NCBI RefSeq assembly: GCF_006345805.1
Contig: NC_043008.1
Coordinates: 3,720,001-3,784,000 of the forward strand
Length of the DNA stretch: 64,000 nt
Direction of reading: 5' to 3'
Source of the DNA: Octopus sinensis
Lineage: Eukaryota
In this document: positions 39,491 to 53,429 of the stretch, piece by piece
Numbering within the stretch: position 1 is the stretch's first letter
Layout of the letters: every line of letters begins with the position of its first letter
Notes under the pieces: generated by a model
The model's database searches: none
Told to the model about the DNA's origin: nothing
Seen by the model: only the letters and a program-made list of their open reading frames with translations
Made by a program: the position numbers and the translations under genes

Positions 39491-42424
39491 GGCCCCCTTG
39501 ATTCGATCGGAAGATCAGCTGCTAACACCGTCACCAAATATAAAAAAATAAAACAGATACTATTCTTTGTCTTTTCGGCGCTCTCAAAATGATTATTATT
39601 GTTATCTGGGATCAATAATTATCTGAATCAATAATTATTTGACTATGTATGACGTAGATTTCTGTTTGCATGAACTTTCGAACTAAATACGTAATACAAC
39701 TAAAATACTTTATTTCTCGCCGTATCAACGAAAATTTACGTTTATTTCCAACGCAAGCAAGTAGAAGCCAACATATTTTGGGCGAAAAGTGTAGTGGATT
39801 ATAACTAAGTTAGTTCTAGAATGATACTTATTTAATCATCCTAGGAATGAAGAAAAAAGTAGTCGATCTTGTTTGGACATGGAATGTAAATACAAAGACC
39901 AGTGGCTAAACTAACAAAAAGCATTTTCCTGATTCACTACCGCTTCTGGCAATTCAAATTCTTTTATATTAAATTTATATTACACGATGGAAACCCCTTG
40001 ATTTTATAGAACATGTAAAAAGCCTTGCACTCTGGGGTTTGATGCATTTTAAAAATTTTTATTCTACCTTTTAAAGATGAAATCTATTTGGATGTACTTT
40101 TACTTTCTAAATGCACCGATTGTAAACTGAGCATTCGCTAAATTGATTTTAACAGTATTCAGAAGTGAGGAAACACTTCAGAGATTTTTATTCAACCGAC
40201 TGACAACCAACCATGTACTCACACGGTACAGTCGTCAGATAACCTCCTCTTTTCAGTATCTCTTCTACCATTATTACAAAACCTCGGCTCCTCAGATCTA
40301 GAAATTTTTGTAACTCGTTCTGTAAACCTACCTTTACTGTTCACACCAAGGGAGCCAATATTTTGTCTCTTAATCTGCAAGAAATAGTAGCCCTAACCAC
40401 CCTTGAACTATAAGCCAATTTTTTTTAAAGAACACAATTGATAAATGAAAAGAGAAAAGAAAACACTGGTTGTGTCTTTGTTCAAGATCAATTTAAACAG
40501 TCAAATATTGACACTACTAATTGTAATTGTGTGTAGCAAAATATCGAGATCAATTTCTTAGTTGCAGTAAATTCAGAAGATGAATCTTGACGATATCAAG
40601 TTTTAAATAATTTAAGTAAATGTTAAAAGTTTTGTGAAAGTCGAATAACATTCTTAAACACTAATTGCTTGGCAGCGAAATTGTGCTGCAGTAGTTATTT
40701 ATTTGTCTGAAACTTTAATTTATACCCAATCGCAATAATTATTGATCAATGATACCGAAATTATTTACACTGCATTTTGTTTCAGCTTTTCAAGCGTTGA
40801 AGAAGTAATGGTTTAATAATTTACTTTGCGCATTCAATTGCAATAAAATCCTGCGTAGAACTAAAACAATTATAGGTAAATAAACACCATTCTAATTCCC
40901 AGCTTATCTGCTGGAACGATTTTTTTCTCTCTGCGATCGCAGCCAAAAGAAAACAAAATATCTTCTTTTTTCAAATGGTTCATTATCTAAATTGATTTCT
41001 TATATGTGCAGGCAATTTAAGAGCGAAATTAAATGTTGTTACTGAAATACATACTACTGGATACGTTAAAGACATTTGTCTCTATGAAATGGGGGAAAAA
41101 ATGCCTCGGGAAATATACTAAGATTACTTGTTCAAGGAAAGCGAAATAACTAATTGATTAAGCAAATTAAATGATATATTTCTCTAATAGAATTTATACT
41201 TGGCTAAATTCTACTAGTTATCATTTGTATAACATTAATGATTTCTGTTATTACCAGGGGTACTGGTAGGGCACTTTACAGAAACTAATTATTAAACATA
41301 AAGGTTTTACATCGAGTTATAAAATAACACCAAATGCAAGCAAATAAAATAGTGATATGAAATATGCCTCTGAGTTCCAAAAGCGGGGCGGCCACACCAA
41401 GTCAGTCAAAGAACCAAAAGTATTCCGTATTTCCCTCATTATTGAGGCTGAAACCCGCCTTTAAAATGCGCTCCTCGGCCCACAGCCGCATTATCAGACC
41501 CACACTTGCCGCTCCGACCCAACATTCATATATTTTGTTTCTGGAGAGCGGTACAGCTATTCTTCATGACGCTTATACTACGAATGCAAGCATAAAGACA
41601 ATATATGATGCTGGCAAACACATTTTTCTATTGTCTTCTTTTAGAGGAATCTATATTTATATTCTATTATAACATGTCTGCTTAGAGTGATGAGTGACCA
41701 CTTTAGATGAGTGTCATACATCTTCCGACTATCTCATTGCTAATTTTGCAACATTGAATAATATAATTTACAACATCAAGTCACATTTTCGAATAATATA
41801 ACATTTAAAATGGACATTGTTTAAGGTGAACTAGCACGAAGACATTTCCAAACATATAAAAGATATCATATGTTAAAATAATTGACCTTTTCTATTTCGG
41901 TTGTTTAGCAAATTCTTCATGATTTACAGATAGAATAAGAAATCAAATTATCCTTATATCTCAAGACATGGTGTTATAAATTCATATTTATTCGAAATGC
42001 TTTTATAAAATTGATTCTCAGTGTTCTTATCGTAATAAAAGAAATGACATACTAATAAACGGAAATTTCCACTGATATCAAAAAAACATGTTGGAAATTT
42101 TATGTATCTTCACATTCTTTTACATTTTTGCATTATCTGAAAAGAAGGTGTTAGTGTACAAGCTGCATTTTAAATTTGATAAAATGTTGAAAACGCTGCA
42201 GAAAAATAAAATTGCGGAACAATTATTTTTCCGACACTGCTTTCACAGTTCTGCGTTTTGTAATCTTTAAATCAATGAAAAAGAAATGGTGTTTGTTTCC
42301 AATGAAATGCATATAACCTCGTGACATGGTCTACAATGTGAGTGAAGGGACCAATTATGCACTTCTGTGATTTTGTGCTTTTATAGAGTTTATCCTTATT
42401 AAAATCAATACTCTTCAAATATTC

Positions 42425-42712
42425 TCAGCATTAAGAGGTCACAATTACGGAACTACGGACATGTGATTAAAATGTAGCAGAAAAGAATCGTAAGACGGAT
42501 TCTTCTAACCGAGATAAATTGCCAGGGTACCTAAGGGCAAGCCAAGAACAAGATGGTTGTAATATATCCATAGTCTCAGTTGATGATGCTTGGATATCCA
42601 GCCAGAAAGTCAAATGATGGTTGCTTCTTAGAGAACTATATGGAAGAGGTGTCTGAGGACTCTACCCATACGACCATCACTGGAATAGTGGAGAAGAAGA
42701 GTGGATAATTGA
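42425..42712 (+). mobile_element. Decayed 3' end of an RTE-clade LINE
   Basis: Translates as IKRSQLRNYGHVIKM*QKRIVRRILL then (frameshift) KGKPRTRWL, matching the RTE C-terminal LRW.GHV.RM...GRP..RW motif. Confidence 0.75.
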
Positions 42713-45132
42713 TATCAGGAAATAATTTATTTTATTTTGATCCAAAAGATCACTATTTATATTCCATTTCATTTCTAATTATTATATTTCAAATACAGTT
42801 CATAGGGTTTGTAATACAGCCATTAAATTTTACCGTTTTATTGCACCCTGCCATTTTTTTATTTTACTTGTAACAAAACAGATGTGGTACTTTATTGCTT
42901 GCTAAATGTGCTTAAGCTGTTCATTATGGAATATGATTTTTTTTATCAATTATATAGGCACATGTTCGTTTTAATATACTGCGAGAGCTTGAATGTATTT
43001 ATAAGTTTTTGATGATATCCATACCAGTTTGATGATCAAATGCTTCATATAGTTCATTACACAATATCAGTTTTTCCAACAGCATATTTTGAGCGGTGTA
43101 TGTATATCAATCACCATCAAATATTCCAATCTATTAATAAGTTAATACTAACGATTTTACGAAAAATGCGCGATCGTGATTATACATAATGCTTTCCAAC
43201 TGAGCTTTATCCTTTCATCTTATTTTGCTTTTGTATAATAAAACAGAATGAACTGTTGTCAGACGGACATTTGCTACGCTAGGTGGCGGTGAATTGGTTG
43301 GTTTTCAACTTATAATTAAACAGTGATTAACTAAAGTCCATTTGATTACGTTTGTTCCAGCTTCACTCTAATGAATTGTAAAATAATATCAGCACGTTTT
43401 ATTAAATCCACATGAAATTGAAATGAAAGTAGACTACTGCAGATAATACTGATTTTCAAACTGTTGGCCTATGTTATCTATAATGTTTTTTTCCCGTTGT
43501 GGTCTCATATAGCAACATATCAAACTCATACGACACTTTACTTTGAAGACGTTGAATATAAAATAATTCCTTCAGTAATTATGTAGTATTCATAGACTTG
43601 TTTTTAAATATCGTGTTGTGAGACATGTCGCCGACTTACATTGTCAGCAAAGAGCGTATTTCACAACACTAAACCGGTAACGGAAGCTTAGACTGGATAA
43701 CCTATCTGAAATTTATGTCTTCATTTCTTTTATAACGCTATTCAGCTGACACACGTCCATTGATATTACAGACTACAAGTAGTACAAAAGTATGCTGAGT
43801 TGGTTAGCATTGAATGAAATGCTCAATTGCTTTATACAAGCTATATGTGAGCAAGTATTATTATATATTGCAACGAATTTTCTTATTGTTTAACTCCTTG
43901 GTGATTTCGCTGCAATAACAACGAGTACTTGAAATAAACAGTTGGAATTATTTCATATAAAGTACAAAAGAATCTTTATTCAAAATAAGAAACATTATGA
44001 TGAAAGTCGTTTCTATGAAGTTCTTCACACGAAAACATATTTACTTTTTAATAGACTCTGAGAAAATAGCGAAATCTGTATGAGTGGTTTTATGAATAGA
44101 GCTGGAAAGAAATTTACACAAGTCGTTGAGAATATTATTTTTCGTCAGTGAAAAGAATGACTGGAAACATTCACTTATTTTTATTACTTCTTTTTATTAA
44201 AGAGGAAGGTATTAATGTTTTATTATATTTAGTTAGAAACCTCGCAGGTCTGTGTTCAAATCCCACAAGAGAAAAAGAACTGTTTTACCTCATATTTAAG
44301 AAACGAAATTACATATAAATAAGATACTGTTTGGACCGATAATATCGACTGCATTTCTTTTGTACACCAGTCTTGCGACTAAAGTGAAATCTTAAGTGAT
44401 CTCAGTTTGATGTTGTAGTGATAATCTATTGTTAATTTAAATGATTACACAATATATAGATTTCAGAAGGAATTATATTCAGATGTGTTATACAATCTTT
44501 GGAAATCTTGCAACATCGAGATTGAAAACAATAAGAGTGATGAATGGCGCAGTTATGATCCAGACATCGCTGACAGGTTACTGTAATTCCTTTGCAGAGT
44601 ATCATCGGATCAAAGATAATCTATAATTTTCTCAAATTGTTGAGTCTTGCAGTGCCACCCTGAGTCACTTGCACGTTTAGTCAGATGATCATGTCCCTAG
44701 AAGCATGAATATTGACGAAAGTACAACCACGTGAATGTGTGTACATCGGTCGATTAAATGTAGATCCATATTGAATCATTGCAACAATCACGTGTATCGT
44801 ATCGATTGAAGAGTTGATACAGTCCAAGTGGTACCATTTCTTGCAATGAATCTGTTTTGTTAAAGCAAGTTTATGCATGTTATGAACCTAAATCAATGAA
44901 AAATATCCACTGGCCCTTTTGTAAAGCAGTTACACTATAATACAGTCTTTATAGAGATAGATTTTATGCTTATCAGCCGATTATACTTAGTGAATTATGA
45001 ATGACACGCGAACACTTTGCCGAGATATTTGTGAGAAGACAGTGGTTGACTAGATTTGAAAATGTAGAGCTTTGGTAAGACTTCTACTTAAGAAGCCGAG
45101 ACTATTTCCGAGTACCTATACTTGGTCATCCG

Positions 45133-45320
45133 GCTTGCTAGATATAGCAACTAAATCTCCATCAAATTGCACTATATCAACTTAGCAAAGAAGAACAAGT
45201 CAGATAATGCAGTCACAAACATTCTGTCTAGGAAATAGACAACACGATCTGAGTTGAAATATCCTTTATCACAGGTTTCTTCGATCGAGGTTGACCTGGG
45301 GCTAAACGAGAACAGCAGTT
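45133..45320 (+). mobile_element. Interspersed repeat family D copy
   Basis: GCTAGATATAGCAACTAAATCTCCATCAAAT...CGATCGAGGTTGACCTGGGGCTAAACGAGAACAGCAG. Confidence 0.6.
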
Positions 45321-45669
45321 CTTAACAACTTTATTCATCTACGTATAATCGGCCGATAAGCATTAACTCTATCGCTATAAACACTGCATTATATTGTAAC
45401 TGCCCTACAAAAGGGCCAGTGTTCCTAGGAATATATTTTTCAATATTATTTTAAGATGTTAGGTTGGGACCCGAGAGAGAGAGAGTGAGAGAGAGGGAAG
45501 GAGAGAGGATGGAGGTAAGGAGAGGAGGGTGGAAGGAAAGAGAGAGAGATTTGGTCGCTATTTCTTGTAGGTCGATCTACCATATATATATATCATCTCC
45601 TTGGCTTGTCTATTTTATTATAAAACAGAATGGATTTCTCCAACCTATCTGATTCGTTGCTTCTATAAA

Positions 45670-47571
45670 TACAGAGGAACAATTTTGAACATAATTTCAG
45701 TTGAGTTTGCTTTTTCACTTGATTTAGATTAACATTGGCATGCTGATTCCAAAACTACAGTCAATTTCTTCTATCACGTAAAGTTTTATTCAACAGTCTA
45801 CTTTCTGAATAAGCATAATTGTATCGGCGTCTGTCCATAAGTAATAAAGCTGGTCAGCTGTTTTTATTAATTTGTTTGGTGATACTGGGTAACATTTTCA
45901 AAAAGAAATTTTAGTTGCCTTGCATTTTATAATTAGACCCACTTAGTTCGATGGTTCAGAAATGCCCTAAGAAATTTTCTATCACGTCAAATTGTTGTTT
46001 TCATTTTTTTTTTTTTTACCAAACATTCATTTTTAACCAAAGAATGTCAATTTGGCCATTTAATACAACAAAAAACTAAAAAAAGCAAATAGTACTTTTT
46101 ATCGTTTTCCAAAATAGATTACCCAAAATGTTTACTCACACATTTTAGGATAGATATGTCTGTCAAACTGGTGTTCCAGCTTCTCTAGGAATGAGCTTCC
46201 TTTTCGCTGCCCTGCGTAAATAACTGTCATAACAACGACAGTCACTTTGCAGGGACCAACAGTAGTCAACCATCATGCTTGTGTTCCACGTGCCATGATA
46301 TCTAGTTTCCATGGTCTTCATGTCTTGGTGGAATCTTTCTCCTTGTTTTTCGCTTATTAAATTATGATTTTCACAGAAGTAGTCCAGATCACTGTGCAAG
46401 AAATGCACTTTCGCACTCAACTTACAGCCCAGTGCTCGAAGACTGGTTAACAGGGTTTGTATAACTTCTTCATAAGATGATGATTTCCTGTTTTCAGGAA
46501 CTCAAATGCAACTGCTCCAAAAACATATCATGCTTCTTTTTCAACGCCAAACATGGTCTCGAAAAACTGTTTATCCTGCGGTAGCCACGGAATTTGTGAC
46601 CCGTCAAGCACACTAAGCTTAATTTTCTCACATGACAAAACCGAACATTTTCTGCTTAAGTATTTGAAACAGTTACTGTGTCGATGTTTCAATACATGTT
46701 TTACACACTATATGAGTAAAGTGTAATATCTACAAATACAGCAGAAGACATTGTGACTGTTTGGCATTTCATTCTCTCACAACTGGTTATATTTCTGCAA
46801 TACAAAACGTATACTCAAGCCAGTTGTCTCCTGGGAAAAGCATTTTCAGAATTGTCAAGTTACGAAGTTAGCAAATGTAGATTGGTGATGGCCAAGTTCC
46901 ATAAAGAGCATAAATACTATGTAGGTCTTTCGACACTTCTTTGACTATGCTTGACAAAAAGTGAACCATGTGACCTCACAATTAAAACATTAAAGGCGCA
47001 TTCAAACTAATTTTCATGAGAAACAGTTTAAGGTTAAGAATTTAAAATGCTTCACCTGAATATACAATGACAGTCACCCGATATCAATCACAGTATGGGC
47101 GTATCGGCTGACAAATTTCACAAATATGAGACATAAATGATGTCAAGAATCACAGAAATGTGCTGTTTATTAACATCTAATTGTATAAAGGACATATCTG
47201 TCATCATCGTGACATTAAAAACAGATTAAATTGAAAATAGTGAAAGTTGCTCAAATTTTGATGCTTTTTATTTACTGAAGATATTTAAATCATGACTTTA
47301 GTTTTCACTTTAGTTGTTGCATTTATTTTAAAAGGATATTCGAAAGAACTATGTTTTCAATGTTATGTTAATACTTGGGTCTGCATTTGATGAAGTCAAA
47401 TCCATCCTTAGAAATGGAGACAATACTGGAAATATTGAAAAATGGGCATTTGAGTTTGTGAATAATCTTGACGTATATACAGCAAAATGGATTTCATTTT
47501 TGAAATCAGTACCCCAAAATTACTAGGAAATATGTCTCCAATACCACACAACAAAACCATGTTCGCCAGTG
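45670..47571 (-). mobile_element. Chapaev3-like (CMC superfamily) DNA transposon relic
   Basis: Decayed transposase 46163-~46950: CFKYLSRK..LS.EKIKL....G.QI, LGCKLSAKVHFLHSDLDYF.EN..ISEKQGERFHQDMKTMETRYHGTWNTSMMVDYCWSL; terminus TTA|CACTGGCGAAC at 47571 fits CAC ends and TWA target. Left boundary uncertain (45670 or 45733); family name from memory. Confidence 0.7.
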
Positions 47572-48827
47572 TAATTTGAGAGTTAAGAAGAGTCGTTGAA
47601 TTAACTTTTTTCGTAAGCCATATGAATCATATATTATTCATGTGAGTTGATGTCGTGAAGCTAAGGTCATAGTATATTGGTGTAAAGAAAGGCTTTACTA
47701 GTTTCATTTATAATTAAACTAATAGAACTTGTTTATTTTGCAGTGATATACTTTGACCCCTCAAGTCTCTGTGATGAGCCTATTAATTGCTACGTAAAGA
47801 TATTCGGTTGGAAGACATCAGAATAGGGGTGATATGACTGGCTTCAACATTGTAAACGTTCAGATATTTTAAAATATTAACATCAGGCTTCTAGACATTA
47901 AATTGATGTGATAATTAATTTCAGTTCAACAGTTAATTTCAGTTTAAAGAAATTTTTTACTATTTTCATAAAATGAGTAATATATGGTTTTTACTTCCTC
48001 TCTGTTAAAACTGTCCCTACGTTTCTTACAATTGGTTTTTATCAATAAAATACTTTACCAGAGAAAATCCTATTCAATTCTTTTCAATCATATATAAAAA
48101 GAGAATACTTAATGTGAAATTGGTACTCGAACTCTGTCAGCGTTAATAGCGAAAGGGAAACAAAAATAAACTCTGTCTTGGTTGTTTCTTTCCTCAGTAC
48201 ATTTTTCTTTTCAATATACATTTTTGTTACTGTCATACATTCAATACATTTATCAACTTCCAGTACTGAACAATTATGATCACCAAGTTGAAAGTCATTT
48301 GTTCCTACTCAATCATCGCAGTATGCTACACTGCACCACAAGCTAAACACCATTAACTCCAATTAACTGAAAGAAAAAACAAATGTATTTTATTTTCGAG
48401 GAAGGGAATTTGCAGTTAAACTGGAGTTCAGTGAGAGTTCCCTGTTTTCTTAAATTCTTCACTACTGTTTTGTTAGTCCCTTTCATTTGCGTGTTCATCT
48501 ATACCCTGGGATTTCAGTGAAAGTACTTCTTTATCGTTAATTGCTCCCAGATATCTTATTTGAGCCGACCAAACAGAGTGTGATTTGAGGGAGATATGAC
48601 TACTGATTAGGTGCTGACCTCTACACGTTTATCGCTTCAGGCAGAATAGTTTTGGTTGTCTTTAGATCAACGAATACCGCCAGTCTTTTGAAATCTTATA
48701 TCATATCAGTCACAGTATCTCTTTAGAGAAGAGGTAAGGACGTAGAAATATTTGATGGTGGACTATCGTAACAAAAATAGCTGAAATCTGAAACCCATGT
48801 CATTTACAGCAGTGAAATATTAAAATC

Positions 48828-48829
<2 letters not shown>

Positions 48830-48888
<59 letters not shown>
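48830..48888. repeat. (TC)n microsatellite
   Basis: Seen directly. Confidence 0.95.
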
Positions 48889-48891
<3 letters not shown>

Positions 48892-50005
48892 ATCTCTCTC
48901 TCTGTCTATCTATCTATATCCATCTCTCTCTTTTGCCTTTCTCTCTTCCCCCACCTCCCTCTCTTTGTCTTGGTGAATTACCGTTCATAGCAGAGTGAAG
49001 TAGAAAAGCAGCACCCATAGCATTGCTATTTAAAATCTCTTTCAAGAATTATTGGCTTAAATAATTTGTAGCTAGTCTGAACAAGAAGAGCACAATTATA
49101 ACATTTAAGGGGCCGCTGAAACTGGCGATGCAAAGCGAGTAGGGGATTAAAACATAACACATGGATTATTACAATAAGTAACAACGAATTAGCATAGCCA
49201 TATATTCTCGAATAAAGTTTGCAGTAGATTGACTTCCGCTAAGACATCCTAAAGCCATGTGGTGGTGTTTTGCCGAGAGTGGAATAAAAGTATTCTCGGA
49301 AACAGATACAGTCCATACGATAGACTCGTGTACAGTCTCACCATTAACCCTATTTCATACATTGAACCTTTGTAGACAGTAAGCGGTCTACATGTTTAAT
49401 TTACACGCACACACGGATGGACACACACACACACACACACACATATATTCAGTACAGTCTCAAGGAATAAATACACTGGAAACCTGCTCGGGGCGTCACA
49501 AGCCTAGGATCGACAGTGCTAATTTATGTATACTGTGGGTATGTATACAGGAGCCCCAGTGATTTGCCTTTTCTAAGGTTGTATATTACCATTAAGACAA
49601 CCCTGCATATAGTATATGAATCTTGTATACAGACACTAGAATATTAGTGCAGCAAAAAGAAGGAACTAATAGTTACTTCAATCTAAAGGAAGGACACATT
49701 GAGTAGTGTAGTCTTAGATAGACTATTCATGAAAAGACAAGACAAGATGGTTATTCCTTAAACACTAATCATAGGTTTGAGAAAAAGGCATGTTTTGCAT
49801 GAAGCAAAAGAGCAACAATTCTTAAATAAATTTCATATAAACGGTGATGATAATCTGTGGTGGCTGTTTCTTTAATGTATATTAATGAATTTTCCGACTG
49901 ATAGCAGCCGATGTATGCATATGTGTCTACGAGGACCGAGTACTGATAGTCCCAACAAATCTATTTATTTATCTATCTGTCTATCAGTTTGTCTGCCTGT
50001 CCATT

Positions 50006-50008
<3 letters not shown>

Positions 50009-50064
<56 letters not shown>
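50009..50064. repeat. (GT)n microsatellite
   Basis: Seen directly. Confidence 0.95.
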
Positions 50065-50066
<2 letters not shown>

Positions 50067-50923
50067 ACGCTCGCGTATGTGTCTGGCTGTACTTGTGACG
50101 TCTGTCTGGAGTGACAGGATGCGGTCTAGTGTAGGTTTTCTATTTAATTATAAATGTATTTAAGGACAAGCCTATTTACTTTGCCTTCATAATTTATATA
50201 TCTTTCTGTATACCAGTTGTCTACATGTGTATCCCTTCTTTGAATGACGTATTTGTGTGTACGTGTGTTCTAAATTCATTATCAAATAGAAATTAGGTTG
50301 TACACAAAATTTCTGTATGAAACAAAACCAACAATCTCGCAATAACAAAATTTAAGAAAAGGAATAACCTGTCATACCTTTAATTGACTTTTTTTTTCTT
50401 ATACAGTACAATGGCTTGTTTGCAATATGCTTCTTACTCTATTTTCCTTCGTTGATGTTCATTGTATTTCTTTGCCAAATAAAGCATTCCTTTCACATTT
50501 AACAACTATACATACATTCTGACAGAAATAAAACATTTACACTCATTCACAGACATTCATACAACCATTCCCACCCTTACACTCGTACGCAGACATACAG
50601 GCATACGTACGTTTAAACGCCATTATTTATAGTTCTGTAAATTGAAATGGCGCCTATATATTTTCAGTCTCATCACCACGAGGGTGGACTAAAGTAACGC
50701 CTGGTCATTAGTCAGCATCAAATAAGAGCGTAGCTAATAGAAACGGTGACTAGAATGCAATGAGTATTTACTGTATATGTATATGAGTAAGTGCGCGTGT
50801 GTGTGTACGTGAACGCACTTGTGCGTGTGCGTGTGTGCTTCCTTTCCAAATATAAGCATTACATACACACATATACGTGTACATATATATGTACGCTTAT
50901 GTGTATATTCTCTCTCTCTTTCT

Positions 50924-50983
<60 letters not shown>

Positions 50984-51051
50984 TATATACATAGACACAC
51001 AATATATATATATATGGACATATAATTATATATAGATATATATATATCTAA

Positions 51052-51053
<2 letters not shown>

Positions 51054-51128
<75 letters not shown>
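51054..51128. repeat. (GATA)n microsatellite
   Basis: Seen directly. Confidence 0.95.
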
Positions 51129-51129
<1 letters not shown>

Positions 51130-51449
51130 TGATTGATAGCTGGATAGATAGACATATATATAGAGATAGACACACACACATATATGCGCACACGCAAAAA
51201 CACACATACATAATCACTAATTATAGAGGTTTGCGTACTTAAATATGCTAAACATGCACTGAATAAAGGACACAATGCTAATTGTAGAATCCAAACAATA
51301 TTATCTATTGTGAATGTTTACGACGAGGTTTCGCTTATATTGGCTTCTGAAAATAGTTAGCAAGATAGCTAGCTAACCAGCTAGCTAATTAGCTAACGAG
51401 CTAGATTGGCTCTCACAGACTGAAATAGAATTACACACAACACACACAC

Positions 51450-51451
51450 AC

Positions 51452-51486
<35 letters not shown>

Positions 51487-51519
51487 ATATATATATGTAT
51501 ATATATATATATATGTATG

Positions 51520-51550
<31 letters not shown>

Positions 51551-51556
51551 TATATA

Positions 51557-51602
<46 letters not shown>

Positions 51603-51771
51603 GTATATATATATGTATATATATGTATGTATGTATATATATATATATATATATTATATGTATGTGTATATATGTATGTATGTATATATATGTATGTATG
51701 TATATATATACATGCATGTATATATATATATATATATATAATATATATATATATATTATATATATATATAA
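51450..51771. repeat. Long interrupted (TA)/(TATG) microsatellite
   Basis: Seen directly; one of many similar tracts (e.g. 13885-14180, 17030-17310, 26985-27190, 32500-32740, 38365-38530, 61560-61870). Confidence 0.95.
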
Positions 51772-52345
51772 AGTGAAAGACGTGCAGAGAATTATAAAGA
51801 TGTCTATATGTGGATTTTTATTCCGCAAGGAACTCGTTCAATATGTAATTATGCGCAAACCTAGGAACAGCAAATCGCATGTTTCGTCGTAAATATATGA
51901 TACAATGTGCTTTTATATAGGATTCGGCGAGAATCACTCAATATCGAGAAGAAAATTTGATCAGTAGAATGAAAGAACACTCGACCTCGGAGGTAGGATT
52001 AGAATCCAGAATATAAATGGATGTAACGAAATAATGTACAGTCTAACTGACTGCCAGTCTAGTGACACTGGCAATCCACACACACACTAACACATAGCCA
52101 TAGGAACACTCGGTATCTTTAGCGGAGTCTACTTAAGTACAAGCATTTGATCTGAGAATATCAACATCTTTGTTCAGCCAATCTCTAATTAGAAGGTTCT
52201 GCGAAAAGCATACGACTGTTTCAGATATGACCATATAACATCAAATATCTTTCATTATATGTCGTGTTCGAATAACATCAATATTTCATTAAGCGACAAG
52301 TGGAAGAAAATACACCCAGGGAGTTTATACTATCTTTCGACACTG

Positions 52346-52565
52346 TAAGGCGGTGAGCTGGCAGAATGGTTGACACGTCAGATAAACTGCCACTCGGCAT
52401 TTTTTCCGGTTGTATACAATCTGATTTCAAACCCGCTGAAATCGACTTTGCCCTTCAACTCTTTTCAGAGGCATTCATATAAGCTGAGCATTGGGGGTGA
52501 TGTAATTGACTACACCCTCCCACTAATAAAGTTGGAGGATTTGTGCCAAAATTAGAAAGAATTAT
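52346..52565 (+). mobile_element. Full-length older SINE family A copy
   Basis: TAAGGCGGTGAGCTGGCAGAA head, GATTTCAAACCC B-box remnant, TCGACTTTGCC core, 3' TTGTGCCAAAATTAGAAAGAATTAT as in the 21905 copy. Confidence 0.8.
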
Positions 52566-53429
52566 CCTTGGGCACTATATAATAAAAAAAATTGTAAATT
52601 GAAAGAACAGAACATTGCTAATGCTTTGTTGAATTCATGTAAAAAGTTGCTTTTGATTTCTTTCCATTGAACCAAAAAACCTTTCATTTTGTAGTATAGG
52701 GTGAATTGTTGCTTGTGAAGTCATGCTTTTCTCTCGAGTATAAACTTACAGAATTCAATTCGGTATTGTTATCGTCTTATTGTCTCGATGCTAGGCTTGT
52801 AAATATAAAAATAATTTTCAAATCTGGCGTATGACGAGGCCCTCTCGATGGTCGTTCACACCGCTGGACGTAGCAAATAAAATAATACTCAAATCATATC
52901 ATCTTTCAGTCTGTTTATAATTTTATCCAAGATAGAGAGAGAGAGGGAGAAGGAGGAAGATAGGGGAGAGAGGGAGGAAGATAGGGGAGAGAGATAGATG
53001 AATGTCTCTTACGTCCTTGATTTTGGTATTGCTTTTCTATCTGCATTTCTTGAGCATAAATGAGAAAATAATATATTCGATGTTATCTAAAATCATTATA
53101 TGATTATCTAGTTTCCTCAAGCATCGCTTACATTTCCACAAAATCACGAATATCCCCAGCAAACATCACCCAAATTATATAATATCTTATCCAAAACAAT
53201 CAGGAGAGATTAAAATAAACTCAGTAACATTTCTCAATCTGATTTGACTGTCTTAACAGTTCTATTTAATGAACTGATATTCCAATATATATATATATAT
53301 TTCTGTGTGTGTATAAATACATACATAGATTCATACATAGACCGCCTCTACCTAATACGAAAACAAAGTGTCAGAGGTTTATGATCGATCGAAACTACCT
53401 TTGAATGTCGTATCATATTCCTTTGGCAA

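Noticed and set aside
44681-44878. ORF with CKKWYHLDC resembling part of a PHD finger
   Set aside because: The remaining Cys ligands are absent and there is no supporting exon structure
47739-47830. Plus-strand acceptor with short frame VIYFDPSSLCDEPINCYVKIFGWKTSE* and a GTGATGA C-box-like motif
   Set aside because: No homology, no partner exons, and no D box at a suitable distance
50745-50770. TGACTAG seed of the miR-279 family
   Set aside because: No flanking hairpin; the rest of the sequence does not match
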